From the NCBI GenBank assembly GCA_026396015.1, contig JAPLXP010000003.1, positions 26,626 to 90,625 on the forward strand: a stretch of 64,000 bases of DNA, in the 5' to 3' direction. The notes below the pieces were generated by a model. It had not been told where the DNA came from and did not search any database. It saw only the letters and a list, made by a program, of their open reading frames with translations. Position 1 is the stretch's first letter; each line of letters begins with the position of its first letter. Positions 1-8,900 of this stretch are shown piece by piece. This DNA is from Candidatus Nomurabacteria bacterium (GTDB taxonomy: Bacteria; Patescibacteriota; Minisyncoccia; Phycocordibacterales; UBA9973). Position numbers and translations under genes: made by a program.

Positions 1-363
1 TGCTATGCCATTGATACATTCACTACGAAATTTATCTACACTAAGATTTTCTTTTATGTCTTTTTGAATATTTGCGGTCAGTGGAGCCAAAAAATCACTA
101 GTGGGGACTGATTTAAAACCATTCATCGCCATACTTAGTCCTAATGTGGCCGCGGTGGTTCCTGCATCAGAAATAATATTTGTGAATGTCGAGCTTATTT
201 TGTTTGTAATATTGCCACATCCTGGTACAGATCGAACAAGGTCAGAATTCATGACATTGTCCATATTTATATCGTATTGACCAGCAAAGGCGATAAAAGG
301 AGTTGTACTAATAGAGAGTACTATCGCAGCTGCAGATATAATTTTTTTTATTGGATATCTCAT
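1..363 (-). CDS. Secreted hypothetical protein, N-terminal part (runs off window start)
   Basis: ATG at 363; translates MRYPIKKIISAAAIVLSISTTPFIAFAG... (signal-peptide-like) and stays open to position 1. Confidence 0.75.
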   Translation of the reverse strand, partial: MRYPIKKIISAAAIVLSISTTPFIAFAGQYDINMDNVMNSDLVRSVPGCGNITNKISSTFTNIISDAGTTAATLGLSMAMNGFKSVPTSDFLAPLTANIQKDIKENLSVDKFRSECINGIA

Positions 364-368
364 TTAAA

Positions 369-1256
369 TTATAATTTTATTATACCATTTTTTTCAAAAA
401 AACTACCAATATTTTCTATATCAAATACGATCACATCGTAATATTTTTTATATTGCACTATGGCACGCATGCCAGAGAGAGGGTCATCTATCATATCTTT
501 CATGGAGAGTATCGCTTCGCCTGTATTATTGTAAGCATTTGCTAATATAATGTTCTGTCCTACTAGAGAAGACGGTACGTTGATCTTAGTGAGGTCTTCG
601 CCAAAATTTTTATAGGCATCACCAGTGTTGAGGAGCAGTTTAAGAGCTTGTGAATCTTTATTGTCCAGTGCTTGAGCAATAAGAGGTAGTTCCCCACCTA
701 AATCTTGATCAAAATATCTATCATTTATTTTATTTAAGTCTGCGCGGTAAGCTTTTATCGTTGTTGTTGTTGTGAGGACACTGTGAATATCTTTTTTTGT
801 ATACAAGTCTGCTGGTTCAGCGACTATGACCTGCTTGCCAATTTCATCAGCTATAAGGTCTTGAGCCTCTGGGGTGAGGCTATTTGTCTGCTTGAGTGAT
901 ACCACTAGAGTCAAAAGCTCTCTAGATAGAACTTCGTTCTTAGTAAGAGGTTTGTCAGAATCACTATTTCCGTTTTTTTTATTTAGTTCTGCTTTTTTTG
1001 CCAAAATAATAGTTCTATTTTCATCACCATTTTTTGTTGGGTCAAGACCCCAGAGGGTCTCCTCCCAGTCAGGTATGCCGTTTGTATTGGAATCTTTAAT
1101 GACTAGCTCTTTTATTGTCAAATCTTTTTTACTACGCAGTGTTATTCCCACTAGAAAAGGTTTTATTTTTATAAATATAAATACAAAAACAACCACAGCT
1201 AGTATGATAAAAGTATTTATTATAAAAATCTTACTGGGTAGATAATTTTTTGGCAT
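369..1256 (-). CDS. Membrane-anchored hypothetical protein with a thrombospondin type-3-like Ca-binding motif
   Basis: N-terminal TM helix, motif DSNTNGIPDWEETLWGLDP, helical C-terminus; 295 aa. Confidence 0.75.
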   Translation of the reverse strand: MPKNYLPSKIFIINTFIILAVVVFVFIFIKIKPFLVGITLRSKKDLTIKELVIKDSNTNGIPDWEETLWGLDPTKNGDENRTIILAKKAELNKKNGNSDSDKPLTKNEVLSRELLTLVVSLKQTNSLTPEAQDLIADEIGKQVIVAEPADLYTKKDIHSVLTTTTTIKAYRADLNKINDRYFDQDLGGELPLIAQALDNKDSQALKLLLNTGDAYKNFGEDLTKINVPSSLVGQNIILANAYNNTGEAILSMKDMIDDPLSGMRAIVQYKKYYDVIVFDIENIGSFFEKNGIIKL

Positions 1257-1265
1257 TAGTTGTCT

Positions 1266-1631
1266 TTATTTTATAGTTGTAAAGTTGAATACTGGCATTG
1301 GTCCAGTCGGAGTAATACACTCATTGTAAACCATAGGGAATGGTCTATAAAAACCAAGAAATGGTTTTAATGGATAAATTTTTACCAAGAGATCACCTTT
1401 TCTTTTTGTTTGCCAGTCTATATTTAAAGGAAAGGGTGGAGCTATATTTGCTGGAGCAACTATCATTGGTCCTATATTACCAGGACCAGCACAGGTTGCT
1501 ATCCCTGGTAATTGAGTAATAATTCTCCCTCCAATAGGCAGGTTTAATCCAAATGCTTGAGTCTGTGTAGGAAAATTAATCAATGTGAATAAAAATACAA
1601 CAATTGATAATAATAAATATAGATGTTTCAT
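1266..1631 (-). CDS. Small secreted hypothetical protein
   Basis: Signal peptide ending TQA-F; two Cys; co-oriented with neighbours. Confidence 0.7.
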   Translation of the reverse strand: MKHLYLLLSIVVFLFTLINFPTQTQAFGLNLPIGGRIITQLPGIATCAGPGNIGPMIVAPANIAPPFPLNIDWQTKRKGDLLVKIYPLKPFLGFYRPFPMVYNECITPTGPMPVFNFTTIK

Positions 1632-1678
1632 TCATTTATTATATAATATAAAAATAAATAAGTCATTTTATATTGCAA

Positions 1679-2515
1679 CTATTTTAGAAAATCTAGCCAA
1701 TTTGAAAGATTTATATCTTCTGCTCGGACTTTTTCATTGATATTATAGAACTTGAATAATTCAGATATTTTTTCTTTTGGCATTGCATCCTCGAGGTTCT
1801 TCTTCAGTACCTTTCTTTTGTGGGCAAAGCCAGCCTTTACTATCTCAAAGAATCTATTTTCTTGTTCTTGATCCTTGAAATTCTTTTTTGATATACCAGT
1901 TATTGAAATAATTGCAGAATCTACCTTTGGGGCAGGAGAAAAGAATCTTTTTTCTACCTTCATCATGTATTTTGGTGTTCCATATGCTTTTACACTGATA
2001 GATAGGATACTCTCCTTTGCATCTCGGGCTACTATTCGCTCGGTTACTTCCTTTTGGATCAGTAACACCATGCGTTCTGGTTGATTTATACTAGAGAGGA
2101 ATTTTTTGAGTATTGCACCAGTGATATTGTATGGAATATTGGCGATTAATTTGTATTTTTCAGCACTGGGTGTGTATTCTAGGCAGTCCCCTTGTACCAA
2201 TTCCAATTTTCCACTTTCAATCTCTGGCCCAAATTTTTCTTTCAAAAAGTCTATAAGGTCACGATCCTTTTCAATAGCTATGACTTTATTGGCTTTTTCC
2301 AATAGTTTTTCTGTCAGGGCCCCTTTTCCTGGGCCGATCTCTACTATAGTATCTGCCTCCCCTACCTCGCCGGCACTGATCATCATATTCAATGCTGGTT
2401 TACTCTTGAGAAAGTTTTGCCCTAAAGATTTCTTTGCCTTGAAAGAAGTCTCGGGCGAAAAACTTCTAGAAGGAAGTTTTTGTAGCCCTAAAGATTTTTT
2501 AGCTTTATGAATCAT
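1679..2515 (-). CDS. rsmA: 16S rRNA m6,2A1518/1519 dimethyltransferase RsmA/KsgA, with a 22-aa N-terminal duplication/insertion
   Basis: KKSLGQNFL, EIGPGKGALT, ANIPYNIT, FSPAPKVDS motifs. Confidence 0.97.
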   Translation of the reverse strand: MIHKAKKSLGLQKLPSRSFSPETSFKAKKSLGQNFLKSKPALNMMISAGEVGEADTIVEIGPGKGALTEKLLEKANKVIAIEKDRDLIDFLKEKFGPEIESGKLELVQGDCLEYTPSAEKYKLIANIPYNITGAILKKFLSSINQPERMVLLIQKEVTERIVARDAKESILSISVKAYGTPKYMMKVEKRFFSPAPKVDSAIISITGISKKNFKDQEQENRFFEIVKAGFAHKRKVLKKNLEDAMPKEKISELFKFYNINEKVRAEDINLSNWLDFLK

Positions 2516-2580
2516 ACGTTTATTGTAGCATATTTGTATTAGAGCTCCTTATTTAAAGAGTATTTACCCATTACGGTGTA

Positions 2581-2609
2581 TTGACTTTTAATATAAAAAG
2601 ATGTATAAT
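2581..2609 (+). promoter_or_regulatory. sigma70-type promoter
   Basis: TTGACT-17 bp-TATAAT, ~20 nt before ATG 2629. Confidence 0.7.
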
Positions 2610-2628
2610 ATACACAAATATAAGAAAA

Positions 2629-3093
2629 ATGAAAAAAATAATAGCAATCGCAATAGTTTGCCTAGGATGGGCAAATCTTGCAAAAGGTCAAAACCTTGGT
2701 TATTTACCAAATAATATACAAGGTATGCCCCAAAGTGAATTTGTACAAAGAGTATGTATTGAAAACAACATACAAAATCAGGGTATTACTGATAATATGT
2801 TTTTAATTTGGAAAACTGCACACTTTTCAAGTGTGAGTGAATCAAATGGAAAACAAATTATTTCCAAGCCTTCCAGCTATTGGAGTAATGGTTATTTTGC
2901 AATTAACCACATGTTTAATAGCACAAAAGCGGGACAAGCCATGTTCGATTTACAGGATCGAGTTGGCAAGAAAATTGGATTGCAGCCGTCATATGATATG
3001 AATGGCATGCTGGTTTGCATTCCCCCGTATTACAATGAAACATGTGAATTATATGTTTCTAGATTGCTTGAACAATTCAATCAGTCTAACTAA
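2629..3093 (+). CDS. Secreted hypothetical protein (stand-alone gene)
   Basis: MKKIIAIAIVCLGWANLAKG signal peptide; own promoter and terminator; start moved from TTG 2581 to ATG 2629. Confidence 0.7.
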   Translation: MKKIIAIAIVCLGWANLAKGQNLGYLPNNIQGMPQSEFVQRVCIENNIQNQGITDNMFLIWKTAHFSSVSESNGKQIISKPSSYWSNGYFAINHMFNSTKAGQAMFDLQDRVGKKIGLQPSYDMNGMLVCIPPYYNETCELYVSRLLEQFNQSN

Positions 3094-3097
3094 ATTC

Positions 3098-3131
3098 AAA
3101 AAGGACTTCGATATTCTCGAAGCCCTTTTTT
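3098..3131. terminator. Bidirectional intrinsic terminator
   Basis: aaaaaggacttcga-tattc-tcgaagcccttttt between convergent genes. Confidence 0.7.
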
Positions 3132-3168
3132 GTTTACAATAGTAATTGTTTATTCTTGGTGTAGCCGT

Positions 3169-5100
3169 TTAAATATATATTATTTTTTCTCCATTGCCTC
3201 CGCCTCTTTCATGCTTCACTAGGTGCGATGGGATGTCTTCTAGGAATTCACTCGGTGTATTCACTTGCTTCATTCCGAATATCGTTCGCAGTGATGCGTG
3301 GCATAGATATAGCTTCTTTTCAGCGCGAGTCAGTGCTACGTAGAATAGTCTACGCTCTTCTTCGCTATCCTCCTTCTTGCCACCACCAGGTCTTGAATGC
3401 GGGAATAAATCTTTTTCAAGGCCTGTGATAAATACATATGGGAATTCAAGACCTTTTGAGGCGTGCACAGTCATGAGTCGCACCCCACCGGGCTTTGGCT
3501 TGTTTATCAGACTGTCCTGATCGCTAGATAATGCTGCGTCTTCGAGGATCTTGTCTATACCCTCCTCGATGTCGAATCCATCGTAGCGTACAGCTAGTGT
3601 CACCAACTCCTTCATGTTCTCTAGTCTTTCTAGGTCGTCGCTGGTACCCTTTTTCAATTCATCTTCCAGTCCACTCTTTTCAATAATGAATTTGATGATA
3701 TCGCTTGGCTTGTTCACCATAGCGAATTCATGGATATTGTCGAGCAGTGTATAAAAATTGCTGATCTTCATCTGCATACTTGCAGGTAGGTCATTCAATC
3801 CTCCGGAAAATAGCTTTACCAATGTGACTTTGCCGATACCTCGAGCTGGTGTATTGATTACCCGCTTGATATCTGACAGGCTATCACGATTCAGTGCCGC
3901 ACGTAGATATGATAGTACGTCTTTGATTTCTCTTCTATCAAAGAATTTTGTGCCGAGGACTTGATAAGGGATATTCTTGGAAAGCATTGCCTCTTCGAGT
4001 ACGCGGGATTGGAAATTCGCACGATAGAGTATAGCTATATCCTCGGGTTTGTTCTCTCTTAGTAGTTCGTGGATCTGATTTGCTACATATTTACCCTCGT
4101 ATACCTCGTCGAATGCCTCATACACTGTGATATCCTCCCCTGTCTCCTTTTCTGTGAACAATGTCTTTGGTACACGGAAAATATTTTTATTGATCACATT
4201 GTTGGCTGCCTCGATGATATTCTTTGTAGAGCGATAATTTTGCTCGAGCATCACGATCTTGGTACGAGGATAATCTTTTTCAAAGTGCAGCATGTTCTTG
4301 ATATTTGCTCCGCGCCAGCTGTAGATATTCTGATCTGTATCACCCACTACGCAGATATTCTCCCTTGGTCCTACTAGTAGCTTTACCATCTCGTATTGCA
4401 CCTCGTTGGTATCCTGATACTCATCCACGTGGATATATTGCCATTGATTCTGATAATGTAGTTTTACTTCTGGGTACTTTTTCAATATCATCACGGTCTC
4501 GATCAGTAAATCATCAAAGTCTAATGCCTTTTCGGCTTTTAGTGTTCTCTCGTAATCACGCCAGATAGTAGCGACGACGCTCTCAAATCCTGATTTTACT
4601 TCATTTGCATATCTATCTAGATTTATAAAGTCACCTTTTGCACGGGAGATGATGTTCTTGATCTTCCTGGGTTCATATTGCTTTGGATCAATGTCGCGAG
4701 CTTTTAGGGATTCCTTTATTATCTTCATGCAGTCATCATCATCAGATATTACGAAATGTTTCGTCAAACCTAGTAAGTGCGCATTCTCCTTGATAATCCG
4801 TACGCCGAGTGCGTGAAATGTAGAAACGAATGGATAACCACTATGTCCACCAGCGGGGGCACCATTTTCCCTCTGTGAAAGTAGTCCTATCACTCTTTCC
4901 CTCATCTCTTTTGCAGCCTTATTGGTAAAAGTCACTGCCAATATGTTTTCCGGTTTCACTCCGCCATGTACTATATGTACGATTCTGTGTGTCAGAGTCT
5001 TGGTCTTGCCTGCTCCGGCCCCTGCCACTATTAATAAAGGCCCTTGTGTATAAAGGACCGCTTCGCGTTGTTTTTCATTTAGTGTATTTAAATATTCCAC
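3169..5100 (-). CDS. pcrA: ATP-dependent DNA helicase PcrA/UvrD
   Basis: AGAGAGKT Walker A, VDEYQDTN, LEQNYRS, TVHASKGLEF, EERRLFYVALTRA. Confidence 0.96.
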   Translation of the reverse strand: MEYLNTLNEKQREAVLYTQGPLLIVAGAGAGKTKTLTHRIVHIVHGGVKPENILAVTFTNKAAKEMRERVIGLLSQRENGAPAGGHSGYPFVSTFHALGVRIIKENAHLLGLTKHFVISDDDDCMKIIKESLKARDIDPKQYEPRKIKNIISRAKGDFINLDRYANEVKSGFESVVATIWRDYERTLKAEKALDFDDLLIETVMILKKYPEVKLHYQNQWQYIHVDEYQDTNEVQYEMVKLLVGPRENICVVGDTDQNIYSWRGANIKNMLHFEKDYPRTKIVMLEQNYRSTKNIIEAANNVINKNIFRVPKTLFTEKETGEDITVYEAFDEVYEGKYVANQIHELLRENKPEDIAILYRANFQSRVLEEAMLSKNIPYQVLGTKFFDRREIKDVLSYLRAALNRDSLSDIKRVINTPARGIGKVTLVKLFSGGLNDLPASMQMKISNFYTLLDNIHEFAMVNKPSDIIKFIIEKSGLEDELKKGTSDDLERLENMKELVTLAVRYDGFDIEEGIDKILEDAALSSDQDSLINKPKPGGVRLMTVHASKGLEFPYVFITGLEKDLFPHSRPGGGKKEDSEEERRLFYVALTRAEKKLYLCHASLRTIFGMKQVNTPSEFLEDIPSHLVKHERGGGNGEKIIYI

Positions 5101-5288
5101 ATTTATATTATATACTTTTTTGTACCCCTTGACAAAGTGGCACTAAATATGCTATACTTATACCTAAGTTCATTGAAATAGTGCTTGGTTGAGATTTGCT
5201 CAGATATAAGAATTTTCCTTGGAAATAATCCTTGTTTTTAAGGAAAATTCTTATATCATAAACAAATCTAAAAAAACAAGCAAACAAA

Positions 5289-5879
5289 ATGAAAAAATCA
5301 ATGTTATTTACAATTGTCACTGCGGTGATAATCATGTTCTCTTTAACTTCATGTGTTCAAAGAGTAAATGTACCAGCTTCTAGCTCCCAAGTTCAACAGT
5401 ATCCTCAGCTTTATGTTGGAGGTGAGCAAGTTTCCATTCCTCAAGAAACCCACGAACTTTCAACAGTTCAAGGTAAAGACTGCAACGGCAAAACAGTTAC
5501 TTGGCAAAAAATTGGGAAAAATTGTAATGACCCTTATAAGGTTGTTACAACTCAAGGTCAGCCAGTAATATTTATGCCAGCACCATCTTCTCAGAATGGT
5601 ATCGATTCATATATCGACTGGAGTTCATTGTATGTGTTAGCCTGGATTTTGGGTATTATTGGTTTGATTTGGTTGTTGAGCATGATGCCATGGTCAACAT
5701 GGAGATCTCGAACAAATCACAATCATTACTACCCTTCTTACCACAGTGGTCCTAGTTGTAGAAATGATTATAGCAGACCTGTAGATTATACAGAGAATAC
5801 TAAAACCACTACAACTACAGATACTTCTACAACAAGAACGTATCACCATCCTGAAAATAATCACGGTGGAGGACATTAA
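5289..5879 (+). CDS. Hypothetical lipoprotein with an internal TM helix and His/Thr-rich tail
   Basis: Lipobox-like LTSC after a hydrophobic stretch; TTGACA-18-TATACT promoter at 5129-5158; terminator ~5905-5943. Confidence 0.7.
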   Translation: MKKSMLFTIVTAVIIMFSLTSCVQRVNVPASSSQVQQYPQLYVGGEQVSIPQETHELSTVQGKDCNGKTVTWQKIGKNCNDPYKVVTTQGQPVIFMPAPSSQNGIDSYIDWSSLYVLAWILGIIGLIWLLSMMPWSTWRSRTNHNHYYPSYHSGPSCRNDYSRPVDYTENTKTTTTTDTSTTRTYHHPENNHGGGH

Positions 5880-5953
5880 TCTGCTCTTTGTTTACCTTCT
5901 AAAAACAAAAACCCATTCAATTTTTAATTGGATGGGTTTTTATCTTCTAATTA

Positions 5954-8900
5954 TTATTTGTAAAGTTCTTCTATCAAGTTTTTTGTGTATTGTTCAGCAC
6001 TTATGCCATCCATTTTTGGCATTTCATACTCTTTCCTACCTGTTGCTTCCATCACTCTTGACCCCAGTTTTTTTATTGCTAATGTGATTGAATCATTAGG
6101 ATGTTTGAACATAAAATTACTCAAATCTTTTATTCTACCCAAGTTAACATCTGGAGATTCCATGTCCCAACTATTTTGACCTTCTGATGATTGTGATATT
6201 TTTCCAAAATTTTCATACATCCACAATCTGTGTCCTATTTCTGGTGTCTCAATCAGTTTTGTGTCTGGGTCCAGGTTCATTTCCGATTTTATTTCTGATA
6301 GTGCAACCTTATCAAATTGCTCTCTAGAAATCCCCGCCACTTTTTCATCCATAGGGAATGCCTTTGAAGCATAGTTGAATCCAGAATGTATTTTGTTTTC
6401 AGTGGGGATATTCTCTGCTGCTACCTTTGCTTTATTTTCAGTTATAACTTCAGCTACCTTATTACCCCCACCTGCTGATTTTAATTGAACAGGATCTGGT
6501 CCTGTGTGGGGTTGTGATGTTATCTCACCTACTTCATGGCCATTTATGTTGTGTGTTTCTCTGACAATAATATTTGAGTATGTCCCGTCTTCAAGTTTAA
6601 ATGATTTATCGTATGTATCTGCTGAATTTTCGAGAGATAGTTTATTTAATCCTGTTTGTTGAAATATTTCTTTACTTGCATTGCTGTTTGCCATATCTCT
6701 AGCATATTGTATATGTTCTAGGTCTGGACTCGTTCCTGTTGATATTGCTCGTAGTGTTTTTCCATCAGACTCATATAGAATACCTTTTTCCTTTAGGTCT
6801 TTTATTAATTCTGTGTAATTTTTCTCACCCAGTTGATTTTTTAAGTCAGCCAATTGAATATTTTGTATTTCGTGTATTTTTTCAATACTATTGAATCCCC
6901 TGAATGAATCTGCTCCAGCTGTAGCGCTCTCTATAACTGTATTTCCGGATGTGTGTAATATTGGAGTTTCTATAAAGTGATTTTTAATTGCGTAATCTTG
7001 TACTTTCAATAATTGAACTTGATCCAAGTGCCCGTCTGGCATTACCAACGGTTTATCGATTATGTGATTTTCCAATGCTATTTTTTGAAATAGTGAAAAT
7101 TGTCCCGGAGTTATTCCATATTTTTGTATATCACTAATAGAATTTAATTCTATTGAACCCCCTCCCCCTAATTGGGTTGGTACTTGGCCATTATCAAATA
7201 TATTCTTTTGTGAATTTATATTGTTTGATATTCCATGGGGTGCACCGTTTATGTTTGAACCCTTGTAATCAAACATCTTTCCATGGTAGTCGGCACCTTT
7301 TGAAATATCCTTGCCCCATTCAAATACATCGGATTCACCAGTCACTGGGTCCTTGAATGTCAGATTGCCTTGATCGTCCATGTGGAAATTTGCACCCTTG
7401 TGAAGCATGGCGGACTCATCTATTTGACCAGGTTTGAATCCACCGAATTCTTTTGCTAGGTCTGCATTACTTGTATTCATTATATGTTTTACACTCTCTG
7501 GTGCATTAGACATATCGGAACCCCATTTTTCAGCTACTGCATGCTTTAATTGACCAGCAAAATGAATCATACCTTGACCTCGGTCGATAGTCACATCTAA
7601 TCCATGACCTGCATCTGGTATTGGGAGTGTTTCTGGTGTTGGACTAGGTGTAGGCGTCACTCCGCCGTGCAACCATCTTTGGTAGTATTGACCAGCTACT
7701 GCACCAGCAAGACCTATAGCTGCTCCACGTACAACTGCACCCATTACTCTTGCGGTTCTCTTGTCTTCGTATATAGATTCTTGATAATTATCAAATCTTT
7801 TTATTCGATTGAGGCCATTTTCCGTAATATCATTACCGTCCTTATCTTTTTTTCCTGTTTTATAACTGTATAAATCCTCGATACCCTTCATCATAGGCTC
7901 ACCATTTTTATAGACAAGAAGAGCGGCAGTCCCTGTTGCTATTGCTTTGTTTAGTTCAAAGTTTTTTGCAATGTCATCTTTCTTTCCATAGTTTATAAAT
8001 CCTTTGTATTCTTTGTTGTTGATATAGTCTAGTCTAGATTTAATTCTTTGAGCCAAAACTTCTTTTTGTTCTGGGGTTTTTCCTTCTTTGTTTAATTCCT
8101 CAACTAAAAAGCTTATTTTTTTTATTTGATCATCGGCATTTATAAATCTATCTACTTTACTTTCTGAATTTTTTAAGCCAGCATTTTTTGCTTCGAGACG
8201 AGTCATTGATACTTGGTCTCCCTTGTAATCATCTTTTATACTTTTTTTACCAGTAAAAAAACCTCTAATACCTCCCCATATTGCGCCGCCACCATATGCA
8301 CCAACGGTGCTCTTTATTGCCATTCCTATCACTCCTCCACCTGCAAATGTAGTCAAATCACCTGTTAGTAATTTTTTATATGCTTTTTGGGTTGCGCTAT
8401 TTTCCAGTAATGCGGCTGCCTCTGGGTATTTACGAGTATAATTTAAATAATCAAAACCAAGCTCAGATTTTCTTATTGCATCAAGAGCCATCAATCGGGC
8501 TTCTTTTGCACCGTTACCTTGTGATAGGTAATGATTTTCCATTGAAGATATTAGATTATTTCGAATTGCATTATAGGCTGAGTCTATTTTTTGAAATTCT
8601 TTGTACTCATTACTTTTGAAAGGGTTTAGGCCATTTTTGTTTGCAGTTTTCTCATGTTGCCAATCTGTAGGCATCTTCATATATCTATTTGCAATTTCGT
8701 TGTATGCTCTGATCTGCTCTGCCTCTGCCCTCGTACTCATACCTTCGGGAGCCTTAAGAAATACTACCTCACCCGTCTGTTCATTTACTGTTAGGTTTAA
8801 TTCTTTAATTCTTGCCGAAATTTGACCAATAGTCTCAATATCTACACTATGTTCACCATTTCTTATTTGGCCTGCTATTGTTTTTTCAGCACTCGCCTTT

